Origin: Alphaproteobacteria bacterium
GTDB taxonomy: Bacteria; Pseudomonadota; Alphaproteobacteria; UBA2966
Reading direction: 5' to 3'
Length of the DNA: 64,000 bases
Assembly (NCBI GenBank): GCA_964291395.2
Contig: OZ219858.1
Coordinates: 1,152,001 to 1,216,000 of the forward strand
The position numbers and the translations under genes were made by a program. The notes under the pieces are model-generated. The model saw nothing but the letters and a program-made list of their open reading frames with translations. It had not been told where the DNA came from and ran no database searches. This document shows positions 29,915 to 40,681 of the stretch, piece by piece (the first letter of the stretch is position 1; each line of letters begins with the position of its first letter).

Positions 29915-32038
29915 TCACGCCGGATAAAGACGACGCCCTTCGGAGATCAGGGTCCGCAGGTAATCGGGCGGATCGAACCTCGGGCCGTGGGTTGCGGCCA
30001 GCGCCTCGCAGTCGGACACGAATGTCTCGACACCCACCGTATGAACCATGGACAGAACGCCGCCCAGATGCGCCGGGAACCCCCACCCGAGAATCGACGC
30101 GACGTCGGCGTCCTCCGGCCCCGACACGACACCTTCCTCAAGGCAGCGCGCGGCTTCCAGCCCTTGCACGAAGAGCAGGCGTTTCTTCACCGCCTCGGTA
30201 TCGGTCTGGAATGCGGCCCGTGGGTAGATATCGCTCAATCCCGGCCACAGGCGCTTGCGGCCGTCCTCGGGGTAGTCGTAGAAGCCCTTTCCCGCCTTTC
30301 TCCCCGGACGCCTCAACCGTTCAACGAAGGTCTGGATGACGGCGTCGCCGCTCCGCTCGACGAAATCATCACCCAGTGCCATCTTCGTCTGGTTGAGAAT
30401 GCGGTGCTCCAACTCCAGCGAGACCTCGTCCGAGAGCGCCAGGGGACCGATCGGCAGCCCCGCCAGTTTTGCCGCGTTTTCAATGAGCGCCGGAATCACG
30501 CCCTCCGCGAGAAGCGTACGTCCCTCGTTGAGGTAGGTATTGATGACCCGGCTCGTGAAGAAACCGCGCGAGTCGTTCACGAGAATCGGGGTCTTGCGGA
30601 GTTGCCTGGACAAGTCCATCGCGGCGGCGACCGTATCGTCGGACGTCCTCTCCGCCCGGATCACCTCGACGAGTTTCATGCGCTCGGCGGGAGAAAAGAA
30701 ATGCATGCCGACGAACCGTTCGGGACGAACGCTCGCCTCCGCCAGTCCCGCGATGGGAAGCGTCGACGTGTTCGATGCGAAGAAACCGTCCTCGCCGACG
30801 GCTGCCTCGGCCTCGGCGATGACGTCGACCTTGACGGCCCGATCTTCGAACACGGCTTCGATGACGAGTTCACAGCCTGCGAGCGGGGCGAAATCGCTCG
30901 TCGGCGAGATCCTCTGGAGTGCCCGGTCCCGCTCGGCTCGCGTCATTCGGCCACGGGTGACGTTCCTGTCGAAAACGCCCCCGCTGTAGGCTTTTCCCTC
31001 GTCCGCCAGGTCCGGCGTGGTATCCACCAGCACCACCTCGAGGCCAGCCTCGGCCGCCGCGCAGGCGATCCCCGATCCCATCATGCCGGCGCCCAGTATA
31101 CCGATCTTCGTGAAGGTTCGACGCTCGACGTCCCTGGGCCGGCGTTTAAGCCGGTTGGCGTCCCCCATGCTGAAGAACAACGACCGGATCATGTTCTGTG
31201 CCGCATCCCCCGCGGCAAGATGCGCGAACTGGCGCGCTTCGATCTTCAACCCCGTGTCGATCTCGACCTGACACCCTTCGTAGACGCACGACATGATGGC
31301 GAGGGGCGCCGGGTAGTTGCCCCGCGTCTTTTCGCGCATCCTGGCGATGCCCGGTACCAGCAGCATGTAGCCCTCCGGACTCTGCACCCGAGGGCCCGGC
31401 ATCGCGAATCCGCGCTGGTCCCACGGCTTGACGGCATTGCCGTCCTCCTGCAGCCACTTTCTGGCGGCATCCAACAACCCGTCCGACGGGACCACCGCGT
31501 CGACGAGTCCCGCCTCCAGCGCTTCCGCCGGGCTGTGGCGCGTCCCTTCCAGCAATGGGGGCAACGCCTTCGCGATCCCTATCATCCGCGGCAGGCGCTG
31601 TGTCCCACCAGAGCCCGGCAACAACCCGATCGAGACCTCCGGCAGGCCTATCTGCGAACGCGGGTTGTCCGCCGCGACGCGGTAATGACACGCAAGGCAG
31701 AACTCGAATCCGCCACCGAGCGCCGTACCGTTGATGGCGGCGACGAACGGTTTGCCGCCCGTCTCGATGTCGCGCCATATCTGCTGGAGCTGACGGCACC
31801 GACCCATGTGCACCCGAGGGTCGCGCTCCCCTAAAAGAACGGTCAGGTCGGCGCCGGCCATGAAGTCGTTCTTCCGCGACGTCACGATCGCGCCGCTCAC
31901 GGCTTCGTCGAAAATCGCCCGCCGGACCGCTTCGCCAATGGCCTCCGCCGATTCGTCGTTCAGAACGTTCATCGGCCGATCGGCCATATCGAGGGCAATG
32001 GTCGCGACGCCGTCGCCGCCGACCTGATAGTCGATCAT
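29915..32038 (-). CDS. Multifunctional enoyl-CoA hydratase/3-hydroxyacyl-CoA dehydrogenase (FadJ/FadB-like)
   Basis: AGADL, ALGGGFE, GLPEV...[34 protein letters not shown]; ATG 32038. Confidence 0.93.
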   Translation of the reverse strand: MIDYQVGGDGVATIALDMADRPMNVLNDESAEAIGEAVRRAIFDEAVSGAIVTSRKNDFMAGADLTVLLGERDPRVHMGRCRQLQQIWRDIETGGKPFVAAINGTALGGGFEFCLACHYRVAADNPRSQIGLPEVSIGLLPGSGGTQRLPRMIGIAKALPPLLEGTRHSPAEALEAGLVDAVVPSDGLLDAARKWLQEDGNAVKPWDQRGFAMPGPRVQSPEGYMLLVPGIARMREKTRGNYPAPLAIMSCVYEGCQVEIDTGLKIEARQFAHLAAGDAAQNMIRSLFFSMGDANRLKRRPRDVERRTFTKIGILGAGMMGSGIACAAAEAGLEVVLVDTTPDLADEGKAYSGGVFDRNVTRGRMTRAERDRALQRISPTSDFAPLAGCELVIEAVFEDRAVKVDVIAEAEAAVGEDGFFASNTSTLPIAGLAEASVRPERFVGMHFFSPAERMKLVEVIRAERTSDDTVAAAMDLSRQLRKTPILVNDSRGFFTSRVINTYLNEGRTLLAEGVIPALIENAAKLAGLPIGPLALSDEVSLELEHRILNQTKMALGDDFVERSGDAVIQTFVERLRRPGRKAGKGFYDYPEDGRKRLWPGLSDIYPRAAFQTDTEAVKKRLLFVQGLEAARCLEEGVVSGPEDADVASILGWGFPAHLGGVLSMVHTVGVETFVSDCEALAATHGPRFDPPDYLRTLISEGRRLYPA

Positions 32039-32067
32039 GGTGTCCTTCCGGGTTCCGGACGACGAGC

Positions 32068-33276
32068 TCAGACGCGCTCGATCACCGTGGCGACCCCCAT
32101 GCCGGCCCCGATGCACAGAGTGCAGAGGCCGGTCTCGAGATCGCGCCGCTCGAGCTCGTCGAGCAGCGTTCCCAGGATCATGGCGCCGGTCGCCCCGAGC
32201 GGGTGGCCCATCGCGATCGCGCCGCCGTTGACGTTGATCCTGTCGTGCGGCACCCCGAGGTCCTGCATGTAGCGGAGCACGACCGCCGCGAACGCCTCGT
32301 TGAGCTCGTAGAGGTCGATGTCGCCCGTTTCCATCCCACCACGCGTCAGCACCTTCCGCGTCACGGGAGCGGGCCCGGTAAGCATGATGCTCGGTTCGCT
32401 TCCGATGGAACCAAAGTTTCGGATGCGCGCCCGCGGTTTCAGTCCAAGCGAATCGCCGATCTCCCTGGAACCGACGAGTACGGCGCCCGCGCCATCGACG
32501 ATGCCGCTCGAATTGCCCGCGTGATGCACGTGATCGATGCGTTCGACCTCCGGATAGCGCTGCAGGATCACCGAATCGAATCCCAGGTCGCGGCCCATCT
32601 TCTCGAACGCCGGATCCAGCGCAGCCAACGCCTGCATGTCCGTGTCCGGGCGCACGTGCTCGTCACGGTCGAGGATGATCGCGTCGTTCTGATCCTTCAC
32701 GGGCACCACGGAATCCTTGAAACGTCCGTCATCCCAGGCTTCCGCCGCGCGCTTCTGCGATTCGACGGCGTAGGCGTCCACATCGTCCCGGGAAAATCCG
32801 TATTTGGTGGCGATCAGGTCGGCGGAAATCCCCTGCTGCACGTAGTACGTCTTGAACGCCACTTGAGGATCCGCGAACCAGGCGCCACCACTCGACGCCA
32901 TCGCCACGCGCGACATCGACTCCACTCCGCCGCCGATGGCGAGATCGGTTTGTCCCGCCATGACCTGGGCGGCCGCCATGTTCACCGCCTCGAGCCCCGA
33001 AGCACAGAAACGGTTGATCTGCACGCCCGAGACGGATTGATCGTAATCCGCCATCAGCACGGCGGACCGGGCAATGACGGCCCCTTGCTCGCCGGCCGGC
33101 TCCGAGCATCCGAGCACCACGTCGTCGACGCATGACGTGTCGAGATCATTGCGGTCGCGCAGAGCGGCGAGCGCCGCCGCCGCCAACCTGACGGGCGACA
33201 CTTCGTTCAGGGCGCCCTTCGGCTTGCCTTCCCCGCGCGGCGTGCGAACGGCGTCATAGATATAGGCGTCGGTCAT
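32068..33276 (-). CDS. Acetyl-CoA C-acyltransferase (thiolase)
   Basis: [25 protein letters not shown]. Confidence 0.95.
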   Translation of the reverse strand: MTDAYIYDAVRTPRGEGKPKGALNEVSPVRLAAAALAALRDRNDLDTSCVDDVVLGCSEPAGEQGAVIARSAVLMADYDQSVSGVQINRFCASGLEAVNMAAAQVMAGQTDLAIGGGVESMSRVAMASSGGAWFADPQVAFKTYYVQQGISADLIATKYGFSRDDVDAYAVESQKRAAEAWDDGRFKDSVVPVKDQNDAIILDRDEHVRPDTDMQALAALDPAFEKMGRDLGFDSVILQRYPEVERIDHVHHAGNSSGIVDGAGAVLVGSREIGDSLGLKPRARIRNFGSIGSEPSIMLTGPAPVTRKVLTRGGMETGDIDLYELNEAFAAVVLRYMQDLGVPHDRINVNGGAIAMGHPLGATGAMILGTLLDELERRDLETGLCTLCIGAGMGVATVIERV

Positions 33277-33448
33277 GGCTCACTCTCCGTCCCGGTCATG
33301 GGCTGACCGATGTGGCGCGATCCGGGGCGCCGGCGCTCATCCTAACGCCGCCGCCGCCCCGCGCAAGCGAGGGGCTGGCCTACAGCGTACGGCGGATCGG
33401 CTCCTTCATGACCTCACGCGTGTTCCGCGCCGAACGGTTTGCGCACGA

Positions 33449-34117
33449 TCACCGCGAGACTTTCTGGAGGTCGCGCCCGTCGGCGATGCGTGTTTTGCCG
33501 GTGAGTGCATTGGACGCGAACTGGGGCCAGAATGTCCGGCCGTGCGGACCCTCGAACCCGATGGAGCCCGAAAGGTACTCGACGCAGAGGTCGACGATCC
33601 CGCCGTCCTCCTGATGCCAGACGACCCGCTCAACCATGCGCTTACGGTAGGCACGCGTGTCCCGTTCCTGGACGTACCGCCCCCAGAAAAAGGCACCGGC
33701 GCCGATGGCGAGACAGATCAGGGAGCCCTGCCAGAGAACCGGACCGAACATGGACGCAAGCGCCGCGCCGATGACGGCCGTCACCGCGCCGGTACCGAGC
33801 AGGATGATGCCGAAGCCCCGGTACATGTGGAAATTCGACAGGCTCGGATATTTGATTGAATGAAAGAACGGGTCGGGGACCAGCAGAACATCCCCTTCCG
33901 TCACCGCGTCGCGTATGTCTTCCCAATTCTTCCAGATGTCCTCGGCCGCCTTCCGGGCGGGACCCGAAAGCTCTTTGTTGAACGTTTCGTCTATGCGAAC
34001 ACGTATGTATTCGAATGCCGGCTTGACGAACGGCTCGACGTCCTCTTCACCCTCGTCGTCCGCATCGTCGATGGACGAAGGTTCGCTCATTCCGTTGCCG
34101 GCACGCTCAGACGACAC
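33449..34117 (-). CDS. Hypothetical two-TM membrane protein
   Basis: 222-aa co-oriented ORF with an acidic N-terminus and two hydrophobic helices; no family recognised. Confidence 0.65.
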   Translation of the reverse strand: MSSERAGNGMSEPSSIDDADDEGEEDVEPFVKPAFEYIRVRIDETFNKELSGPARKAAEDIWKNWEDIRDAVTEGDVLLVPDPFFHSIKYPSLSNFHMYRGFGIILLGTGAVTAVIGAALASMFGPVLWQGSLICLAIGAGAFFWGRYVQERDTRAYRKRMVERVVWHQEDGGIVDLCVEYLSGSIGFEGPHGRTFWPQFASNALTGKTRIADGRDLQKVSR

Positions 34118-35288
34118 CTTCGGCCTTCAGTCGCACCACGTCCGTGGACGTGTAGCCGAGTTCAGACAGAACTTCCTCCGTGTGGTCGCCGTGGCCCGGC
34201 GCATGCCGTTCAACGGTGAACGTATCGTCGCTGAACTTGATGGGGAAGGCGATCTGTTTGACGGGACCGTCGGTGGGGTGCTCGGTGTCGACGAACATTT
34301 TCCGGTGCTGAAGCTGGGGGTTCTCCATTGATTCGGCGATGGTCAGAACCGGCGCGAGACAGCAGTCGTGCTCTTCGCCGACGGCAATCCAATGTGACTG
34401 GGGCTTGGACCGGAACAGTTCCGCGACCTCTTCCCTCGCCGCCCGCGCCGAATCGCCGGAGAGGACGTGCTTTTCCTTCAGGTCCGGACGTTCAACGGCA
34501 TCACAGAAGACATGCCAGAACTTCTCCTCCAGCGCTCCCAGCGACATGTGGCGACCGTCGGAGGTCTCGTAGATATTGTAGCACGGGAGCTCTCCCGAGA
34601 TGAATCCTTCTCCACGCTCCAACGGACGCTGGTAGGCCAGCATGTTGCTGAACGCGATCACCGCGTGGGCCAGGGTGCAGTCGGTCATGGATACGTCGAC
34701 GTACCGCCCCTCGCCGCTGGAACGGGCGTCAACGAGCGCGCCGAGAATGCCGATGACGGCGGATGCACCCCCACCCAGAACATCCGCGATCTGAAAATTC
34801 GGTACGACGGGCGGGCCGCCGGCAACGCCGATCTGATCCGTCACGCCCGCATAAGAGCAGTAATTGACGTCGTGGCCGGCCCGCAGGCGGTAAGGTCCGT
34901 CCTGCCCATAACCCGATATGGCGCAGTAAACGATCCGCCGGTTGGCCTCGCGGACGGCCTCATACCCTATGCCCAACCGGTCGACGACGCCCGGCCGAAA
35001 TCCTTCGACGACGACGTCGGCGTCCTTGGCCAACGACATGAAGATGTCGTGACCAGTCTCCGATCGCAGGTTGAGCGTGATCGACCGCTTGTTGCGGTTG
35101 AGGCAAAGGAAATACGGGGAGTGAACCACTTGGAGCGGCTCCAGCCATCGGACGTAGTCGCCCGCGCCCGTGTCTTCGATCTTGATCACGTCGGCGCCCA
35201 TGTCTCCGAGGTGCAGGGTGCAGATCGGACCGGGAAGCAGGCGGGTCAGATCCAGGACCCGCACGCCGTGAAGCGGCTTTTCGCGCAT
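34107..35288 (-). CDS. CaiB/BaiF family III CoA transferase (AMACR-like)
   Basis: DLTRLLPGP, GADVIKIE, NRNKRS, EGFRPGV, GHDVNY. Confidence 0.92.
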   Translation of the reverse strand: MREKPLHGVRVLDLTRLLPGPICTLHLGDMGADVIKIEDTGAGDYVRWLEPLQVVHSPYFLCLNRNKRSITLNLRSETGHDIFMSLAKDADVVVEGFRPGVVDRLGIGYEAVREANRRIVYCAISGYGQDGPYRLRAGHDVNYCSYAGVTDQIGVAGGPPVVPNFQIADVLGGGASAVIGILGALVDARSSGEGRYVDVSMTDCTLAHAVIAFSNMLAYQRPLERGEGFISGELPCYNIYETSDGRHMSLGALEEKFWHVFCDAVERPDLKEKHVLSGDSARAAREEVAELFRSKPQSHWIAVGEEHDCCLAPVLTIAESMENPQLQHRKMFVDTEHPTDGPVKQIAFPIKFSDDTFTVERHAPGHGDHTEEVLSELGYTSTDVVRLKAEGVV

Positions 35289-35300
35289 CGACGTCCGGCC

Positions 35301-37091
35301 TCAGAACTGCTCCGCCTCAAGCGCCATCATGGCATCCTTGCCCGACATGATCTTGGACAACAGTGACGACGTGTCGGGAAGCATTCGCGTGAGGAAGAAA
35401 TTGGCGGTCACAAGCTTCGCCTCGTAGAACGCGCGCTCGTCCGTCCCCCGGCCGAGCGCGTCTCGTGCCGTCTGCGCCATCCGCGCCCACAGATACCCCA
35501 CCACCACCAAGGCAAACAGGCGAAGGTAGTCACGGGACCCGCCGCCCGCCTGTTCGGGATCCTTCAGACCCTGCTCCCCGATCCACGCGGTGGCCAGTTG
35601 CAGTCGTCCGAAGGACTTGCCCAGAAGACCCGCCATATCCTTGAGGTCGTCATCCTCGGCGGCATCGGCGATGAACCGGTCGATCGGGTGGAACACCTGC
35701 CGCAGCGCGCGACCGTAGTGAGCCGGGATCTTGCGGCCCACGAGGTCGAGGGCCTGAACGCCGTTCGTACCCTCGTAGATCTGCGTGATCCTGGCGTCCC
35801 GCACGAACTGTTCCACTCCCGTTTCGCGGATGTAGCCCGCACCGCCGTGAACCTGGAGGCCGAGATTGGCCGTCTCGAAGCCCATATCCGTCAAATAGGC
35901 CTTCACGACGGGGGTGATGAGCGAGACCAGATCTTCGGCGTCACGGCGTGCCCGTTCATCGGGGTCGTGGCGTGACATGTCCAACGCAAAGGCGGTCCAC
36001 AACGCCAGGGCGCGACCACCCTCGGTGAACGCCCGCATGGTCATGAGCATGCGTCGCACGTCGGGATGAACGATGATCGGGTCGGCCGCCGCGCCCGGTG
36101 ACGTGCTGCCCGACAGCGCGCGGCCCTGAAGCCGTTCTTTCGCATATGCGGCCGCGTTCTGATAGGCGATTTCTCCCAGTGCCAGACCTTGGACGCCGAC
36201 GCCCAGGCGGGCCCGGTTCATCATCGTGAACATGGCGCGAAGGCCTCTGTTCTCTTCGCCCAGCAGATAGGCCGTGGCGCCGTCATAGTTCATGACGCAC
36301 GTCGCCGACGCCTTGATGCCCATCTTCTGTTCGATCGACCCGCAGGTGACGGCGTTGCGTTCTCCAGGCCCGTCGTCGGGCCCGGTCAGGAACTTGGGAA
36401 CGATGAACAGACTGATGCCACGGGTCCCCGTCGGCGCGCCGCTGATGCGCGCGAGAACCAGATGGATGATGTTTTCCGTCAGATCGTGTTCACCCGCGGA
36501 GATGAATATCTTCGTGCCGGTGATGCGGTACGTCCCGTCTTCTCGTGGTTCGGCTCGCGTCCGCAGGAGCCCCAGGTCGGTGCCGCAATGAGGCTCGGTC
36601 AAATTCATGGTGCCGCCCCATTCGCCGGTGAACATCTTGGGCAGGTAGGTCTCCCGTTGCGCGTCGTTGCCATGGGTGTCGATGGTGTGTGCCGCCCCCA
36701 CGGTCAATCCCGCGTAGGTCTCGAAGGAGAGATTGGCCGAACCTGCCATTTCGCCCACGCTCGTTGCGACGACCTGGGGCAGCCCGGCGCCGCCATGTTC
36801 CGGATTGCCCTCGAGACCGATCCAGCCCGCCTCGCGATAGGTTCGGTAGGCGTCCTTGAACCCGTGAGGCGTGGTGACGACACCGTCCTCGAAATGGCAT
36901 CCCTCTTCGTCGCCGCTGCGGTTCAGCGGAAAGAGAACTTCCTCCGCCATACGGCCGCCTTCTTCCAGCACGGAATCGACCGTTTCCCGCGCCGCGTCGG
37001 CGAAAGCCGGGATGTTCCGGTATCGCTCGACCCGCAACAGCTCGTGCAACACGAACCGATGGTCGCGCAAGGGAGCGTGATATGCAGTCAC
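35301..37091 (-). CDS. Acyl-CoA dehydrogenase (long, C-terminal-domain type)
   Basis: GTMNLTEPHCGTDLG, GTKIFIS, KMGIKAS, QIYEGTNGVQALDL. Confidence 0.93.
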   Translation of the reverse strand: MTAYHAPLRDHRFVLHELLRVERYRNIPAFADAARETVDSVLEEGGRMAEEVLFPLNRSGDEEGCHFEDGVVTTPHGFKDAYRTYREAGWIGLEGNPEHGGAGLPQVVATSVGEMAGSANLSFETYAGLTVGAAHTIDTHGNDAQRETYLPKMFTGEWGGTMNLTEPHCGTDLGLLRTRAEPREDGTYRITGTKIFISAGEHDLTENIIHLVLARISGAPTGTRGISLFIVPKFLTGPDDGPGERNAVTCGSIEQKMGIKASATCVMNYDGATAYLLGEENRGLRAMFTMMNRARLGVGVQGLALGEIAYQNAAAYAKERLQGRALSGSTSPGAAADPIIVHPDVRRMLMTMRAFTEGGRALALWTAFALDMSRHDPDERARRDAEDLVSLITPVVKAYLTDMGFETANLGLQVHGGAGYIRETGVEQFVRDARITQIYEGTNGVQALDLVGRKIPAHYGRALRQVFHPIDRFIADAAEDDDLKDMAGLLGKSFGRLQLATAWIGEQGLKDPEQAGGGSRDYLRLFALVVVGYLWARMAQTARDALGRGTDERAFYEAKLVTANFFLTRMLPDTSSLLSKIMSGKDAMMALEAEQF

Positions 37092-37101
37092 GACCGGTCT
37101 C

Positions 37102-39441
37102 CTAGTTCCGCAGGGGCCTGCCCGTGTCCAGCATATGCTCGATCCGATCCAGCGTCTTCGTCCGGCGAATCAGCGCCATGAACGCCGTGCGTTCCAGGGC
37201 GAGCAACCGATGCTCGTCGAGACTTCGCGTAACGTCGGTCTCGCCGCCCGTGACCACGTCCGCCAAGGTCCCTGCGACCACGCGATCGTACGCCGTCGCC
37301 TTTCCCCGCCGCACCACATCGTCCACGACGAGCGTCAAGGTCGCCCGTCCGCTCGGACCGGGAAGACTGATCTCGGGAGACGGAGGCGGTTCGTAGCCTT
37401 CGACCAGAGACAAGGCCCTGGCCTTGGCGTCCGCCAGCACCCGGCGCCGGTTCATGGTGATGCCGTCCTGCGGTCCCAGGTAATGAAGATCGAGGGCTTC
37501 CCGGGCCGACCCCGACACTTTGGCCAGGCTGATGGTCTCGAAGGTGTCGAGAACCGGCGGCATGGGCCCGCCGGGGCGGTCCTTCCGCGCGAATGCGCGG
37601 GTGATCAGTTCCTTGGTGCCGCCCCAGCCGGGGACCAGTCCCACGCCGGTCTCGACCAGGCCGATGTAGGTCTCGGCATGCGCCTGCACGGCATCGCAAT
37701 GCATCATGATCTCGCACCCGCCGCCGAGCGCCATGCCTGCCGGCGCCCCGACGACGGGGAAAGGCGCATACTTGAGCGCCAGGAACGCCTGTTGCCCCTC
37801 CGACAGCTTCCGTTCGATCAGCGCCCACATCGCGGCGTTGGCGGCGAACAGGGCGATACCGACGTTGGCGCCCACCGAGAAATCGTCGCCGTCGTGACCG
37901 ATGATCAGCGCCTTGTATCCGCGTTCGTGTATGGTGGCGGCCTCACGCACCATGTCGATCGTGCCGTCGTCGATGGCGTTCATCTTGGTGTGAAACTCGA
38001 GGCAGGCGACCCCGTCGCCCACATCCCAAAGGCTCGCGGATCCGTTCCTCGTGATCGGCTCGCGGTTGCGCTTCATGTCCGCGAGGCGCCACGCATCGGG
38101 CGACGCCTCGAGCGTGCCGTACTCGCCCGTCGGCGAAAGCTGCTGAACGTCGCGCTTCACCTGACGGTAGAGCGGGCGCCCCGCCGCGGCGTCCAGCAGC
38201 GGGGGGATCTCCCGCCCTTCCGCCTTCAGTTGATCGGCGAACCAGTCGCAGCCGAGTTGATCGATCATCTCCAAGGGACCGAATTTCCATCCGTACCCGG
38301 AGGTCATCGCCCGATCGATGTCGGAAATCGCCTCGGCCACGTCGGGCACCAGCGACGCGGCATAGGCGAGCACTCTGGACAGCACGTGCCAGGCGTACCG
38401 GCCACCCTTGTCGGGATGTTCCACAAGCGCCCGCAATCCGCCATCCTTGGCGGCCTCGACACTGTCCAGGCGGGGTTTCGACACGGCGCGATACTCGCCC
38501 GTCTCGATGTCCCGAGCCTGAAGTTCACGCGCCGTGCCGTCACGCAGCATGCGATAGAAACCACCCTTTCCCTTGCGGCCGATGTAGCCGTCCGCAATCA
38601 TGTCGGCGAGCAGGGAGACCAGCGGCCCCTCCGCGTCGAATTCACGACAAAAGGCGTCTTCCGGGGGAAGCATCGCGAGCATGGTGGCGTTGACCTTGGG
38701 TGCAAGGTCGATACCCGTCAGATCGACAAGCCCGAAGATCCCCGTCTTCGGGATGCCCATTGGCGGACCGACGACGGCATCCGCTTCCCCGACGGTCAGC
38801 CCCAAGGCAATCGCCTCGCTCATCGCGACGTAGGACCAGTAGATGCCGATTCGGTTGCCGATGAATCCCGGGGTGTCTTTGGCGCGCACGACCTCCTTGC
38901 CGAGGCGCACGTCGCAGAATTCACGGATCGAGTCACTCACCTCGGAACGCGTGTTCGGACCCGGCACGAATTCCAGCAGACGCATGTACCGGGGCGGGTT
39001 GAAGAAGTGCGTGATCGCGAAGTCGGAGGCAAAGGGCTCGGGCATCCCCCCGACCAGGCGGGAAAGCGGGATGGTCGACGTGTTCGACGTCACGATCGAT
39101 CCCGCTTTGCGGGCGGAGTCGGCAGCCCGATAGACTTTCTGCTTGACGTCGAGGTCCTCGACCACGGCCTCGCAGATCCAGTCCGCGTCGCTCAGAAGCC
39201 CGGTGTCGTCCTCGAGATTTCCCGGTGTGATCAGCCGTGCCGAACTTCGGTGCATGAACGGCGCCGGCGTTGCCTTAAGCATCGCCGCGATGGCGCCTTC
39301 CGCCAGTTCGTTCCGGTTGTCCGCTCCTTCGGGGACGATATCCAGCAGGACCACCGGTACGCCGGCGCTGGCGACATGCGCGGCGATGGCGCTTCCCATC
39401 TGCCCGGCACCGATCACGGCCACCTTGCCGATATCGGGCAT
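37102..39441 (-). CDS. 3-hydroxyacyl-CoA dehydrogenase/enoyl-CoA hydratase (FadN-like)
   Basis: GAGQMG, SNTSTIP, HFFNPPRY, KDTPGFIGNR, C-terminal crotonase domain (LGGGCE, GLVE), TGRPLRN end. Confidence 0.93.
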   Translation of the reverse strand: MPDIGKVAVIGAGQMGSAIAAHVASAGVPVVLLDIVPEGADNRNELAEGAIAAMLKATPAPFMHRSSARLITPGNLEDDTGLLSDADWICEAVVEDLDVKQKVYRAADSARKAGSIVTSNTSTIPLSRLVGGMPEPFASDFAITHFFNPPRYMRLLEFVPGPNTRSEVSDSIREFCDVRLGKEVVRAKDTPGFIGNRIGIYWSYVAMSEAIALGLTVGEADAVVGPPMGIPKTGIFGLVDLTGIDLAPKVNATMLAMLPPEDAFCREFDAEGPLVSLLADMIADGYIGRKGKGGFYRMLRDGTARELQARDIETGEYRAVSKPRLDSVEAAKDGGLRALVEHPDKGGRYAWHVLSRVLAYAASLVPDVAEAISDIDRAMTSGYGWKFGPLEMIDQLGCDWFADQLKAEGREIPPLLDAAAGRPLYRQVKRDVQQLSPTGEYGTLEASPDAWRLADMKRNREPITRNGSASLWDVGDGVACLEFHTKMNAIDDGTIDMVREAATIHERGYKALIIGHDGDDFSVGANVGIALFAANAAMWALIERKLSEGQQAFLALKYAPFPVVGAPAGMALGGGCEIMMHCDAVQAHAETYIGLVETGVGLVPGWGGTKELITRAFARKDRPGGPMPPVLDTFETISLAKVSGSAREALDLHYLGPQDGITMNRRRVLADAKARALSLVEGYEPPPSPEISLPGPSGRATLTLVVDDVVRRGKATAYDRVVAGTLADVVTGGETDVTRSLDEHRLLALERTAFMALIRRTKTLDRIEHMLDTGRPLRN

Positions 39442-40578
39442 TCAGCAGGCCTCAAGGACCGTCGCGATGCCCTGTCCGCCGCCGATGCACATGGTCGCCA
39501 GCGCGAGTTCCTTGCCTTCGCGGTTCATGATCGACGCCGCTTTGCCGGTGATTCGCGCGCCGCTCGCCCCGAGGGGGTGGCCGATCGCGATGGCGCCACC
39601 GTCGAGGTTGAGCTTGTCCTGGTCGAACCCTGCTTCCTTGATGACGGCCAGCGATTGGGCGGCAAACGCCTCGTTGAGCTCGATAACGTCGATGTCGTCG
39701 ATCGTCAGTCCCGCGCGTTCGAGTGCCTTCCGGCTCGCTTCGACGGGTCCGATGCCCATGATCTCCGGTGCGCATCCGGAGACCCCGATACTCCGAATCC
39801 GTGCCAACTTCTCGAGGCCGTGACGGTCGGCGTAACCCTCGCTGCACACCAGCACCGAGGACGCGCCGTCGGTTAGCGGCGAGGACGTACCGGCCGTTAC
39901 GGTCCCTTCGGCGTCGAATGCGGGCTCGAGCGCGTCGAGCGCCTCTTGATTCGTACCCGGCCGAATGCAGCCGTCCTCCTCAACCCGAAGGTTTCCGAAG
40001 ACGATGGGGACGATCTCGTCGTTGAGCCGGCCTTCCCGTTGGGCTGCGTGAGCCTTGGCGTGGCTTGCCACCGCGAACTCCTGCTGTTCCTCTCGATCGA
40101 TGTCATATTTCCTGGCGAGGTTCTCGGCGGTGATGCCCATTGCCACGAACGCCTCGGGATATTTCTCCGCGAGACCCGGATGAGGCAGGAAATTGTATCC
40201 CCCCATGGGTACGCGGGTCATCGATTCGAGGCCCGCGCATACGAACGCCTCTCCGGCGTTCATCTTGACCGCGCCCGCGGCCATGTGAATGGACTGCATG
40301 GAGGACCCGCAGAAGCGGTTGACGGTCGTACCGGCCGTCGTTACGGGCAACTCGGACAGAAATCCGACGAGGCGCGCCACGTTGTCGCCTTGCTCCCCTT
40401 CGGGGAACGCGCAGCCAACGATGACGTCTTCCAGGTCCTCCCGGTCAATGCCCGCTTCCTCGATGAGCCCGCGGACGACTTGGCTGGCGATTTCGTCGGG
40501 CCGGACCTCCGCCAGCGCACCCTTGCGCGCGAACGTGAAGGGGGAGCGCGCGTAGCCCGCGATTATGACGTCGGTCAT
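39442..40578 (-). CDS. Thiolase
   Basis: NRFCGSS, NEAFA, GHPLGASG, CIGGG. Confidence 0.95.
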   Translation of the reverse strand: MTDVIIAGYARSPFTFARKGALAEVRPDEIASQVVRGLIEEAGIDREDLEDVIVGCAFPEGEQGDNVARLVGFLSELPVTTAGTTVNRFCGSSMQSIHMAAGAVKMNAGEAFVCAGLESMTRVPMGGYNFLPHPGLAEKYPEAFVAMGITAENLARKYDIDREEQQEFAVASHAKAHAAQREGRLNDEIVPIVFGNLRVEEDGCIRPGTNQEALDALEPAFDAEGTVTAGTSSPLTDGASSVLVCSEGYADRHGLEKLARIRSIGVSGCAPEIMGIGPVEASRKALERAGLTIDDIDVIELNEAFAAQSLAVIKEAGFDQDKLNLDGGAIAIGHPLGASGARITGKAASIMNREGKELALATMCIGGGQGIATVLEAC

Positions 40579-40681
40579 TTGTCATCGTCCTCCTGTTGCG
40601 AAAACTCGGCTCACGTGGGGCACCCGGAGTCCCAATCGACAACCTGTATCATGTGCGTTTGCGGCCGGCGACTCCCGGGGA

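Noticed and set aside
37135-39876. 913-aa plus-strand ORF and other long antisense ORFs (21074-23107, 29882-31834, 40565-42442, 43276-45120)
   Set aside because: Shadow frames opposite well-supported genes in high-GC DNA; no recognisable motifs.
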